Below are positions 11,602 through 21,645 of a stretch of 64,000 bases of DNA, piece after piece (position 1 is the stretch's first letter; each line of letters starts with the position of its first letter). The DNA lies in the NCBI GenBank assembly GCA_019828565.1, contig JAHDYR010000053.1:966272-1030271 (forward strand), read 5' to 3'. The translations under genes and the position numbers were made by a program. Under the pieces are notes generated by a model, which saw only the letters and a program-made list of their open reading frames with translations, was not told the DNA's origin and did no database searches. This stretch comes from Carpediemonas membranifera BICM. Its lineage: Eukaryota; Protista; Fornicata.

Positions 11602-13509
11602 ATGCCTCTCAAGCCACTACCAGCAGATATAGGAGATAAGGATTCAACAGTTTGCTCATTTTGTGGCGTTTCCTACCTAATTATGCACGAGGTTGAGGAG
11701 CTAAAGAACCGAATCAGCGAATTAGAGGCAGATCTCAACAAGCGGACAGCAGAACACGATATCTTGGCCTCAGACTACCAGCAGTACAAGACTATATCTT
11801 CTGAGAAGGTCAGTGGCCTTGAGGGTCAGCTGAAAGAAGCACACACAAGCCTGTCCCACGAGCGAAAGACAGTAGCGGAGGTTCGGAGCAGCTACAGCCT
11901 GCTCGGGCGAATGAATGAGTCCTTGCAGGAGCGTGTGAATGATATGACAGCGTCGATTGAATCTCTTACGAAGGATATGGGTCGGCTTGAGATTCTCGTG
12001 ACGAACTATCAGCGTCAATACAGGGCAGCAAGGAACGTCGCCGCCAAGATAGCGAAGGCCCTGGTAGCCATGAAGGCAGAGCACAAGCTGCTGCGGGAGG
12101 ATGTGTCTGGCACCCTCGCACTGATGCAGGCGGACGCTGCAGAGGCCCTGGATAAGGTTCACCGCAAGTACGCCGACGCGATAGACGCAGATAGACACCG
12201 GTTTGAGGCATATAACATGGGTCTTCAAGCTGAGAACAACCAGAAAGCGGACGAGATCCGGCACCTCCAGTCTGAGCTGGCTGCCGCGTCAACAAGAGCC
12301 AAGGAGTTGCAAGCAGACCTCACATCTGAAAGGACAACGGCAAGAGGACTCAGATCCAGGCTCGAGGCCGACGCTGACACTGCCAAGGACGCCATAAGGG
12401 ACATGGAGGCTCACTTGGCCCGCGGTGTTGATGAGAGAGCGGAGCTGGAGGGAAAGATCGCCGCACTTGAGGACCAGCGGAGACAGATCGACCGGACTGT
12501 GTTCCGATTGGAGACGTCAGAGGCCCAGCTCAAGAAGGACGTTGCTGAGTACGTTGCGACGAATGCCGAGCTGACGGCCATGCTCGAGGCAGGTAGAGAG
12601 AAGCTAAGGGCGGAGCAGGCAGCGAGGGCAAAGGAAGGGAAGGCTTTGGTCGAGGCTAACAAGAGACTGACAGTCATGCGGACCGAGCTCAACGCTTTGA
12701 ACTCTGAAACGTCGGATGATCTCAAGAATTTGAAGAAAGATTTGATGGAGAAGGATCTGAAGATCGAGGAGATGATTGATTCGCACAAGAAACAGGTCGA
12801 ACAGATTCAGAACAGTTGGAGAGCCCGGCTGGCTGAATCCAAGGCCGAGCACGAGGATCGGCAGAGGTCATCAGATTCGGAGATCGTCAAGATGGGCAAA
12901 GAGATGACTGGCCTGAAGTCTGAGTTGAAGAGTTTGCGGGGGGAGCTACAGCAGGCGAAGGACGACGCCATTAGACATGAGCGTCGGGCCGGTGACCTCG
13001 AGAACAAGCTGAGGAGTAGTGCGAGTGCCAGTGATAGTGGGAGACAGGAGCTGAAGGATGCTCTCGATGCCACCGCCGCCGCTAATCGGGAAGTGCGGCA
13101 GTTGAAGACTGCGCTGTCCTCGACCAAGGAAGAGACTGCCTCGCTGACCGCCCAGATCTCCAGACTTGAGTCAGATTTGACTGCAGCCAGGTCGGCAGCA
13201 GCCAAACCATCCAGTGGTGTGGGCGATGAGCGCGTCCAGGAGCTAGAGGAGGAGATCGAGTTCCTCCAACTGACTGTGAAGAACGAGTGTGCCGAGCGGG
13301 CTGCCCTGCTTTGCGTCGTCACCGACCTCCGCAACAAGCTGTCTGCCGCGACTACCACTCCAGCGACTGCGACTGGAGTCAACATGGACTATCCGACATC
13401 CTCTGCCGCCCTGACCGAGCATGGGGATGATGCCGCAGACATGTATGTGCGAAGGACCAAGAAGAGGGCTGGAACAAGAACGCTGAGGTCTCGGGGCGGC
13501 GGACGCTAA
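11602..13509 (+). CDS. LEKR1: LEKR1-like coiled-coil protein
   Basis: N-terminal PLP..I....VCSFCGVSYLIMHE and C-terminal LQLTVKNECAER motifs recall LEKR1. Long heptad coiled coil in between. Confidence 0.7.
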   Translation: MPLKPLPADIGDKDSTVCSFCGVSYLIMHEVEELKNRISELEADLNKRTAEHDILASDYQQYKTISSEKVSGLEGQLKEAHTSLSHERKTVAEVRSSYSLLGRMNESLQERVNDMTASIESLTKDMGRLEILVTNYQRQYRAARNVAAKIAKALVAMKAEHKLLREDVSGTLALMQADAAEALDKVHRKYADAIDADRHRFEAYNMGLQAENNQKADEIRHLQSELAAASTRAKELQADLTSERTTARGLRSRLEADADTAKDAIRDMEAHLARGVDERAELEGKIAALEDQRRQIDRTVFRLETSEAQLKKDVAEYVATNAELTAMLEAGREKLRAEQAARAKEGKALVEANKRLTVMRTELNALNSETSDDLKNLKKDLMEKDLKIEEMIDSHKKQVEQIQNSWRARLAESKAEHEDRQRSSDSEIVKMGKEMTGLKSELKSLRGELQQAKDDAIRHERRAGDLENKLRSSASASDSGRQELKDALDATAAANREVRQLKTALSSTKEETASLTAQISRLESDLTAARSAAAKPSSGVGDERVQELEEEIEFLQLTVKNECAERAALLCVVTDLRNKLSAATTTPATATGVNMDYPTSSAALTEHGDDAADMYVRRTKKRAGTRTLRSRGGGR

Positions 13510-14171
13510 TCTGACAAAACGCGCTAAATTACTAATTTATGGCATGGTGGCTTGTGCTTCGACTTCTCCAAGAGGGGGATGCGCTCATGATCGTGCACGT
13601 CGATAGTTGGCTCCAACGCAGTTAATGACGTTTTGAAGCCGAGTTACTGGGATCGGCGCGATGGAGTGAGACATAAACACTTCACGCCCCTGTAGATGCT
13701 GTTTATTGACCAATGACGACATGTTCCGAGGGTCTCCCTGTTTCCAGAGCTCATCAAATTTGTGACCTGTGCTCATGACTTCCGGGGACTTTCGTAAAGA
13801 CCACTGATGGGCACCTCTACATGGGTATAGAGTATTTCGCCTCAAAATTCAAATGCGAGAACTAATCTCGGGGTGTGACTTTTGCGCCATTGTTTCTTGA
13901 CATAAACTGCGTTTCTCCCCAAACGTTCTTTTATTGCACGGAGAGCCGCATCTGCATACTCTGATGGAGGTATCGTGTTCTTAATGGTCATTGCCTCGTC
14001 AGGAGACACAGTTCGGGGTCAGAAATGCCCAGGCCGTGACGCAATCGATAATCGACTGTGGCGAAGTCCATCTCAAAATGGACCGCTCTGTTGGCAAGTG
14101 CGGCTTACTAAGCTAAATCTCTCTCCGTTTCACCCCCTTCGCTCCCAAACAAAGCACAACAGCAAGTATTA

Positions 14172-15302
14172 ATGACCAAGCGTATCCAGCAGTTTTTGAA
14201 CGAGCAAAAGCCCGCTACTCCGTGTGTCGTCATCGACCTCGATGTGATCAAGAACAATTACGGCTCCATGAGGACCCATCTGCCTCTTGCCCAGGTCTTC
14301 TACGCCGTTAAGGCCAATCCGGCCCCTGAGGTCGTGAACCTGCTTGTCAATGAGGGTTCTTCCTTCGACGTCGCCTCCGTTCCCGAGGTCGACCTGTGCC
14401 TCTCCCAGGGAGCCAACCCCGACAACATCTCCTTCGGCAACACCATCAAGAAGGAGCCCCACATTGCCTATGCCTACTCCAAGGGCATCCGCCTCTTCGC
14501 ATTCGACTCCGAGGAGGAACTGCTCAAGATATCCCGCGCTGCCCCGGGCTCCAAGGTCTACTGCCGTATCCTCGTCGAAAACGAGGGCGCACAGTGGCCT
14601 CTGTCCCGTAAGTTCGGCTGCGAGGTCGAGATGGCTGAGGACCTCCTCTGCCAGGCCCGCGAGCTCGGCCTCGTCCCCTACGGCGTCTCCTTTCACGTTG
14701 GCTCCCAGCAGACCGACCTCAGCCAGTGGGACGTCGCCATGACCCGCGTCGCCTCGCTCTTCATGACCCTGCAGGAGCGCGGCATCGAGTTGACCGCCAT
14801 CAACCTCGGCGGCGGCTTCCCCGCGCACTACATTGAGCACGTCGAGGAGATGCCCGCCTACGCTGATGCCGTCATGCGTGCCATCGTCGGTCACTTCGGT
14901 AACCGTCTGCCCAAGCTCATGATCGAGCCCGGCCGCTCCATGGTCGGCGACTCGGGCGTCCTCCAGGCCGAGGTCGTCCTCGTCTCCCGCAAGTCCAACG
15001 ATGACTGCAAGCGCTGGGTGTACCTCGACGCCGGCAAGTTCAACGGTCTCGCCGAGACCCTGGACGAGGCCATCACCTACCGCGTCACCACCTCCCGCGA
15101 CGGCGAGGAGACCGAGCCCGTTATTCTCGCGGGCCCGACGTGCGACAGCGTCGACGTGATCTACGAGAAGAAAGAGTACAGCCTTCCCCTCGGCCTCAAG
15201 GCGGGCGACCTGGTTCAATTCCACTCCACCGGGGCATACACTACTTCGTATGCCAGTGTCAACTTCAATGGATTTGAACCGATTAAGGCGTACTGCATTT
15301 AG
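14172..15302 (+). CDS. ODC: Ornithine (lysine/ornithine) decarboxylase, fold-type III PLP enzyme, bacterial-like
   Basis: FYAVKAN (PLP lysine), SFHVGSQ, NLGGGF, IEPGR, GPTCDS.D and GAYT motifs; 376 aa. Confidence 0.93.
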   Translation: MTKRIQQFLNEQKPATPCVVIDLDVIKNNYGSMRTHLPLAQVFYAVKANPAPEVVNLLVNEGSSFDVASVPEVDLCLSQGANPDNISFGNTIKKEPHIAYAYSKGIRLFAFDSEEELLKISRAAPGSKVYCRILVENEGAQWPLSRKFGCEVEMAEDLLCQARELGLVPYGVSFHVGSQQTDLSQWDVAMTRVASLFMTLQERGIELTAINLGGGFPAHYIEHVEEMPAYADAVMRAIVGHFGNRLPKLMIEPGRSMVGDSGVLQAEVVLVSRKSNDDCKRWVYLDAGKFNGLAETLDEAITYRVTTSRDGEETEPVILAGPTCDSVDVIYEKKEYSLPLGLKAGDLVQFHSTGAYTTSYASVNFNGFEPIKAYCI

Positions 15303-15507
15303 ACGGTGAGATTGAAGTTCAGCGTAAAGATTCCATTTTAACTTTGCTTTTGAGACAAGACAACGGCGGGCCAGCACTGCTGTTCGGCAAGTCCCTCGCG
15401 CTCGCCGCCCTCGCAGACACGCTCAGCGTCCCCTCTGTTGGTGCATCCCGGTGATTTGAGAATCGACTGTGGCCGGGTCTCGGAGCCAACAATCGCCGTG
15501 CACGATC

Positions 15508-18500
15508 ATGAGCGCATCCCCCTCTTGGAGAAGTCGTGGCCACACGGATTCCCTTCAAAAGACCATTAGAATGAACATTGACCCCACTGCGATCTCTTTC
15601 CTGATCGGAAGGAAGGGTTCCACCGTCTCTTCTATTCGTGCCCGTTCTAAGGCTGTCGTATCCTTCCAGGAAGGCGGTATTGCCATCATTCGTGGTTCTG
15701 AGGAGCAGACTCGGCTTGCTAAGAACCTTATCGAAGAGAAGCTTGCGGAGTGGAAGCAAACTGAGCAAGCCCCTTCTGGGTCGATGTCCCGGTGCGCATC
15801 CATGGCCTCCATGGAGACACACCGCCGCATGGCCGACCAGACGGACTCGCACGTCACTGTCGAGTTCCTGCTGACGAAGAAGGCCGAGGAGTGGCTTCGT
15901 TCTCTTGACGGGATTGAGGGAATTGCCAAGACCTGCCGCACCGACGACGGCACTGAGCCCGCAACTGTGTCCGTCTACCACCACGTTCTCCGTGTGCACT
16001 GCCCCACGGAGCGCCTCTACCTCGTCAAGGACAGCCTGCACGCCACCATCACGGCCGCCACGGACGAGAGCCAGCCGTGGCCGACGACCGTCAACGTGAA
16101 GCGCCACACCGCGCACCAGAACCACGGGCCCGACCCGCCGGATGCGGCGCCCCTCGTTCGCGTCGTCCACATCCCGAACGGCTCAGAGCGCGTGCTCATC
16201 GGCCAGAACGGGTCGACCGTCCAGGGCATCCGTGACAAGACCGGCACAACTATCCGCTTCGACAACGGGTGGGCGATCGTCAAGGGCCCGGCCCATGGTG
16301 TCCGCGAGGCCCTCGGCCTCATCGTTGAGAGACTGCAGAGCAACGTCAAGATCGACGGCACGCGTGGCAAGAAGACAGTTACGCTGCCGCTCTACGCCGA
16401 TCGCTACCTCGTCGGCCCACGCGCTGCCACACTTCGCCACATCCGCGAGCAGACCGGCGTTACTCTGCGCGTCGAGGTGACCTCGCAGTCCTCCGAGGCC
16501 CAGGGCGCTCTCGTCCTCGTCGGCCAGCCTGAAAACATCGAGGAGGCCGAGCAGGAGGTCGCTGAACTGCTGTGCGACTTCTCGTACGCCCGCCTGCCCA
16601 TCGTCCAGAGCCTCATCGGCCGCATCATAGGCCGCAACGGCGAGAACCTCAAGCGCATCGTCAAGCTCGCCAACAACGACGTGGCTCTCTTCCTGCCGTC
16701 AGACAGCAGCGGCGACAAGTACGCCGTCATCGCGGGCCCCGTCGATACTGTCGTGATGACGCGCAAGCTCTTCATCTCGCGCATGGCGCTGCTCCAGTCT
16801 CACCGCTGCGCCATGTTCCTCTCGGTGCTGCCCCCGCGCCGCTCTGTCGGCCGCACGCCCCGCGCCGCGTCGTACACGCTCGTGCCCCACGTCGACGACA
16901 ACGTGCTCGTCCCCTCGGCCGAGACCCCCGCCCTGGGCATCGAGACGCCGCGCCAGACCCCTCCCCAGTCGCCGGCCACGCTCTTTGCAGGCCTGTCGTC
17001 GCGCCTCGAGAGCCTCGCCAAGCAGGAGACTGACGGCACGCCTGTCACGCCGACAGCCTCGATGGACAACGTCTACGGCGTCACGCCGTACGGCCACTCC
17101 GTCGCCCACACGCCCACCGGCGCCCAGTCGCCCTACAGCACGCGCCCGCAGCTTGTGCAGTTCACCCTTGACGTCGCCGAGGCTCCCATAGGTGACGCGC
17201 TCTTCGGCTTCTCCGACTCGGAGATGTCTGGCGATGAGGACTTCTCCGACCCCGTCGAGGAGTTCTTCTTCGCTGACCGCACCAGCATCCCCCGAGCCCT
17301 CGCCCCCGGCGAGAAGACCATCTCGCTCGGCGCCTGCTGGTTCGACGCCGCGCTCGCTGGTGCCCGCGCCTACTGGGAGGGCGCTGTCGCGCGTGCCCTG
17401 TCCGGCATGCTCGGCCACGCCGCGGACAGCTCCAACCCGGCCGTCGACGGGCTCGGAAGTCTGCCCGACCTCGAGATCTCGGCTTACGTCGGCCGCAACG
17501 TCATCAACATCATGGCCCAGCCGACGACCAAGCAGACGAAGGTCAACCTCATCGCGGACAACATCCATGACCGCCGCTACGACGCCCGCTTCTGGGCCGG
17601 CGTCTCGGCTGACGCTGCCGACCGCCTCGTCGCGGCCATGCCCCTCCCCGGCGACGTCACTGAGGGCCACCAGGGCTCGTTCCATGTCAGCCTCGTCGCC
17701 GCGGACGCCACTCTCGCCCGCTCCAAGCTGCTGACCGCTAACCTCCCCGAGGGCGACGTCGCGGAGCTGCCCGACACGCTCGTCCTCAACCGCAAGCCCC
17801 TCGGGCCTGCTGACCGTGCCGTGTGGCGCCAGGTTACGATGACGCGCCACGTCGATGGCATTACCGGGCCCGAGCTCTCGCCTGCCGACCTGTCGAGCCT
17901 GGCGCCCGCCGATGGCGCTTCTGAGGTCACCCTTACTGGTGCGTCCGCCCAGATTCTCGTCGCCACGCCCCACCCCGGGGTCGACATCTCCTTCGTCATC
18001 AAGGCGCGCCCCCGCGTCGTCCGCCCGACCGACGGAACCGCCTCGGCCCTCGACAACATCGTCACGGCAGCCGGGACCGTACCCCTGGGCTGTGTCTTCC
18101 AGACGACCGCGCGCTCGGCGTCCCAGTCGGATGAGGCGACGCCCGTGATCGCACTGCCACTGCCAGACATCGATGCCGTTACTATGGCCTCGTTTGACGG
18201 CCTCAGCGACGTTTCCGCGCCCGGTACTGTCTCTGACGAGTTGCTCGCTCGTGCGGCTGTTGGCGAGCAGGAGATTGTGCCCTTCGAGGGTCACGCCACA
18301 CTTCGCCACCGCCGCTTCTTTGTGTCGGGCCAGAACGACCACTGCATCGCGCTGTCTCAGATGGCGATGCCCGCCGGAACCGAGCCCCAGTCGGTCAACG
18401 TCAACATCTTCAAGGCCGCGGCAGGCGACCGCACCAGAACCCCCGCGCCCGCCCTCGTCGCCCCGACCGTGCCCGCTGTCGTTAGCCAGCTGTCCGACCT

Positions 18501-18543
18501 GCTTCGGACGGCGATCGTGTGTGCAGAGACGATTGCTGAGTAA
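15508..18543 (+). CDS. Multi-KH-domain RNA-binding protein with a long unrecognised C-terminal region
   Basis: Four KH-type units with GxxG loops: LIGRKG, LIGQNG, LVGPRA (variant) and IIGRNG. First ATG at 15508. Confidence 0.85.
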   Translation: MSASPSWRSRGHTDSLQKTIRMNIDPTAISFLIGRKGSTVSSIRARSKAVVSFQEGGIAIIRGSEEQTRLAKNLIEEKLAEWKQTEQAPSGSMSRCASMASMETHRRMADQTDSHVTVEFLLTKKAEEWLRSLDGIEGIAKTCRTDDGTEPATVSVYHHVLRVHCPTERLYLVKDSLHATITAATDESQPWPTTVNVKRHTAHQNHGPDPPDAAPLVRVVHIPNGSERVLIGQNGSTVQGIRDKTGTTIRFDNGWAIVKGPAHGVREALGLIVERLQSNVKIDGTRGKKTVTLPLYADRYLVGPRAATLRHIREQTGVTLRVEVTSQSSEAQGALVLVGQPENIEEAEQEVAELLCDFSYARLPIVQSLIGRIIGRNGENLKRIVKLANNDVALFLPSDSSGDKYAVIAGPVDTVVMTRKLFISRMALLQSHRCAMFLSVLPPRRSVGRTPRAASYTLVPHVDDNVLVPSAETPALGIETPRQTPPQSPATLFAGLSSRLESLAKQETDGTPVTPTASMDNVYGVTPYGHSVAHTPTGAQSPYSTRPQLVQFTLDVAEAPIGDALFGFSDSEMSGDEDFSDPVEEFFFADRTSIPRALAPGEKTISLGACWFDAALAGARAYWEGAVARALSGMLGHAADSSNPAVDGLGSLPDLEISAYVGRNVINIMAQPTTKQTKVNLIADNIHDRRYDARFWAGVSADAADRLVAAMPLPGDVTEGHQGSFHVSLVAADATLARSKLLTANLPEGDVAELPDTLVLNRKPLGPADRAVWRQVTMTRHVDGITGPELSPADLSSLAPADGASEVTLTGASAQILVATPHPGVDISFVIKARPRVVRPTDGTASALDNIVTAAGTVPLGCVFQTTARSASQSDEATPVIALPLPDIDAVTMASFDGLSDVSAPGTVSDELLARAAVGEQEIVPFEGHATLRHRRFFVSGQNDHCIALSQMAMPAGTEPQSVNVNIFKAAAGDRTRTPAPALVAPTVPAVVSQLSDLLRTAIVCAETIAE

Positions 18544-18577
18544 TAAGTTATGCGGTTTAAAATATCGGATTGGACTT

Positions 18578-19126
18578 TTATTTGACGGCTGGAATTGTCA
18601 GGAACACTGGTGGCACGGCGTCAGTGAGCCATACGCCGTTGTCAGACTGGAAGAAGGTATGTCCCTTCATCGTCATGGCCTTCGCATCAACACTTAGTAT
18701 GATAGGTTCACCCCTTCTTCCGCCGACCTTCATCGATGTGTCCACGTCGGCAGAAAGATGGACATGATGTCGTTTCATCTTCTTCAGTCCACTTGCCCTG
18801 ATGCCCTCGATGGCCTTGGCAACTGTTCCGTGGTAGAGCCTTGCTGGTGGCTGGGCGGGAGAGAGCTGGAGGTCGATCCCGGACACAGAATGGCCTTGGT
18901 TGGCGCGGATGCGGGTGCCGTCGTCGGAAAGAGCGAAACGCTGCTTATCAGACGTAGCTACAATCGAGAAGAGCTCATCCCTTGTGATGGGGTAGTTTCT
19001 AGCTGCGAGACCAGCTAACAGGGCGTCGACAGATGCCCAACCATGCTCATCAAGCGTTATATTCAGAAATGCAGGCCTGTGACGAAGCGCAAGACTCATA
19101 TTCCTGCTCAACTTCTTCGTATTCAT
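18578..19126 (-). CDS. kptA: RNA 2'-phosphotransferase Tpt1/KptA (182 aa)
   Basis: LSRNMSLALRH, GW..V, DKQRF, IRANQGHS, LYHGT, RHHVHLS and NGVWL motifs. ATG at 19126 gives a bacterial-sized protein. Confidence 0.93.
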   Translation of the reverse strand: MNTKKLSRNMSLALRHRPAFLNITLDEHGWASVDALLAGLAARNYPITRDELFSIVATSDKQRFALSDDGTRIRANQGHSVSGIDLQLSPAQPPARLYHGTVAKAIEGIRASGLKKMKRHHVHLSADVDTSMKVGGRRGEPIILSVDAKAMTMKGHTFFQSDNGVWLTDAVPPVFLTIPAVK

Positions 19127-19291
19127 CCTCGAGACGGAACTGGTTGTCTGGACAGCTTCGTTCTGACGGGCGAGATGACATCTCCGGAAGACGTGAGTCC
19201 ACGGGTGCAGAGGCGAGCATGCCAGCGCCGAGACCGACGGACCCGTCATAAACTCGCCCCGAGCAACCCCCCACCGCAAGCACCGCTGCCT

Positions 19292-20635
19292 TTATTTGAC
19301 ACAGATGCCGTCCAAGATGCCCTGGCCGTGCATGATCCCGCCCTCCTGCACTGTCGGCCCCTTGGACCGCACCAGCACGCCAGCGAACCCGCTCTGCACC
19401 ATCTGACTCCCTCTGGCGAGCATGGACACGAAGACCCCGTACTCGCTGACCAAAGCCTGCTGGGCTATACTTCCGTCACATTGAACCACATACCGTTCAG
19501 TAACCTCGGGTCGGATTCTGTGCATCAGAATCCATGCCCTGGGGTCGATGTGTGGGCAATCACTGCCCAGTGCCCTGGGAACATGCGGGGCAGCGGTAGG
19601 GTAGACACCCTGTAAGGCTGTCCGGACGTCATCGTCGAATAGGTTCCAGCCACCACCTTCCCGTTGGGGCTTGAGGACGAAGCGCTCGGGGTGCTCTATT
19701 GCGTTGACAACTGCGGGCGTCGGCTGGTCTTCCAACGCTACTATCGTGGTGAACAAGGGCTCAACAACGCTGGCTGCTTGGGCGCTCAGTGCCCGTTCGA
19801 GCATTCCACGGTCACACAGAGCCTGCTGTACTTTCTTCGCACCAGCAAGCTGCATCGGCGCCGTCGGTATCTTCACGACCCTGGTGCTCTCAATAAGCTC
19901 TCTGGCGCGCCACTCGGCCTCTGTAGGGTAGTCTCCCGGGTCATAACCGGCCCTGAAGTAAGCACAGTCGACTACTCGACCGCCGACAGAGAGCTCACCG
20001 TCACTGCCAACGGCCAGGTCAGCTAGCTCGGACAGAGTCATTCTAGTGACGTCTGCGTCGATCCCGTCTGCTATGGCGGCCTGGTCGGCAAGGTTCGTCT
20101 CATTGGGTTGAACGACGAAAATCACGAAGGGTCTCCGTGTGCAGCCGGAGTGCAGAGATGCTGCCTTGGTTATCAGTGTCGAGAGCTCGACCTGAGGGCT
20201 CTGGTTGATCCCGCAAGACCCCATCTGCCGGTGGAACGACGCCACCCTCGTCGCCATGGTCGCAAATGACACTGCAATGGTGTTGAGCTCCACCTGCTTG
20301 ATGCTGCCGTCGTTCTCTATGAAGTAGTCGCTTCTAAGCCAGTTGCAAAGGATGTCATCTGGCCGTTGCGGGTGCTTCTGCGCGATTGCGAGAAGACGGC
20401 TCGTAAACGGGTCGGCATCGCTGGTTGGCGCGAGAATGTCTGTAAGAAGGGTAATATTGTTCGATAATGAGAGCACTAGCTCAGCAAATGCCGTTGCAGA
20501 CTGCGTAAACGTCGCCATCGTCCTCCTGCTGATCACAGAAGGCGTCAGAGTCGTCCGCAGCGGTATTTCTTCGCCATTCTCAGATGTAAGAGTTATTTGC
20601 TCTTTCAACAGGCAGTCTCGCGCGTCCAAGACCAT
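19292..20635 (-). CDS. GSS: Glutathione synthetase, eukaryotic type
   Basis: RSDY, KQVELNTI, YFRAGY.P.DY, QLAGAKKVQQ, VLKPQREGGG, SEYGVF and EGG motifs. Confidence 0.9.
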   Translation of the reverse strand: MVLDARDCLLKEQITLTSENGEEIPLRTTLTPSVISRRTMATFTQSATAFAELVLSLSNNITLLTDILAPTSDADPFTSRLLAIAQKHPQRPDDILCNWLRSDYFIENDGSIKQVELNTIAVSFATMATRVASFHRQMGSCGINQSPQVELSTLITKAASLHSGCTRRPFVIFVVQPNETNLADQAAIADGIDADVTRMTLSELADLAVGSDGELSVGGRVVDCAYFRAGYDPGDYPTEAEWRARELIESTRVVKIPTAPMQLAGAKKVQQALCDRGMLERALSAQAASVVEPLFTTIVALEDQPTPAVVNAIEHPERFVLKPQREGGGWNLFDDDVRTALQGVYPTAAPHVPRALGSDCPHIDPRAWILMHRIRPEVTERYVVQCDGSIAQQALVSEYGVFVSMLARGSQMVQSGFAGVLVRSKGPTVQEGGIMHGQGILDGICVK

Positions 20636-20772
20636 TGCTGCGTGTCACCAGTTCACCGTAGCTGATCTGACTCGAATCACAGTCGGCATCGCATATATTC
20701 AACACTGATCTGATTCCACTCAGGTGACGGTGCTAGGCGATGATTTATCAAGATGTTGTGATTGCCTTCGAC

Positions 20773-21303
20773 TCAAGCCTTGTCGAGGCCCGCGGACATC
20801 GCTACAGGGGTGTTTGCATCAGAAGGATGGAACTCGGGCGTCAACCCACTGATAACACGGGGCATAGGCTTGCCCGGTGACGTTGCTACCGTCACCCCGT
20901 CTCCACGGCGCCTAGGGTGGACGTACTGAAGGTTCCGCGGGACGTTATCGAGGATGACGAGCTCGTAGTTCGCCACACGGACGTAGTGCCACAGCAGGGC
21001 AAGGTCGATAGCAGTGCCGATGCCTAGGAAGCCAAAGGTGAACAGATACAGTAACGCGGACCGCACTCGGCCAACGTAGAGACGGTGCAGGCCGGCGATG
21101 CCAACAAAGCCGAGGAGAAGAAGGCAATATGCATATCCTGTGCAGAACCGGCCACTCTTGGTCGTTCCCCATGCGGCTCTGCCGTCACTAACAACTGTGA
21201 CGGCCAGACTATCATCTCTGAGGGCTGTGAACACGTGGTTCCGTTGCAAGCTTAGTAACGTGGAATGTGAAACCTGAGTTTGAGTAGAACCGACACGTCC
21301 CAT
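20773..21303 (-). CDS. TM2-domain membrane protein
   Basis: AY.LLLLGF.GIAGLHRLYVG....LLYLFTFGFLGIG..IDL is the TM2 signature. Confidence 0.85.
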   Translation of the reverse strand: MGRVGSTQTQVSHSTLLSLQRNHVFTALRDDSLAVTVVSDGRAAWGTTKSGRFCTGYAYCLLLLGFVGIAGLHRLYVGRVRSALLYLFTFGFLGIGTAIDLALLWHYVRVANYELVILDNVPRNLQYVHPRRRGDGVTVATSPGKPMPRVISGLTPEFHPSDANTPVAMSAGLDKA

Positions 21304-21645
21304 TGTCTGTTGCGATTCGACGTGGTCATCTTCAATGCATTACGAATTCGTTCGAGGAGATGATGCGAACGAGCATAAACTGCGGTGTGCCGGAATAGGC
21401 TTCATTGTGGCTAGTTACTGCGCTGATGACAGGGATATGAGCTAACAAAGAATAGGCTGAGCAAAATTCTCGCCACCGGGCCTCGTACACCAGATCTGAC
21501 AAAACTGCGACAATGCGATAAATAAACAACACGCAGACGTAGAATACAGTAGCATCACCTGAATTCTTGACACCGCTATCGCCTCCGGACACTCCCTGTC
21601 TCGATTTTTTGACAACGCAGCTTATGACCAAAAACTCCACAACGG

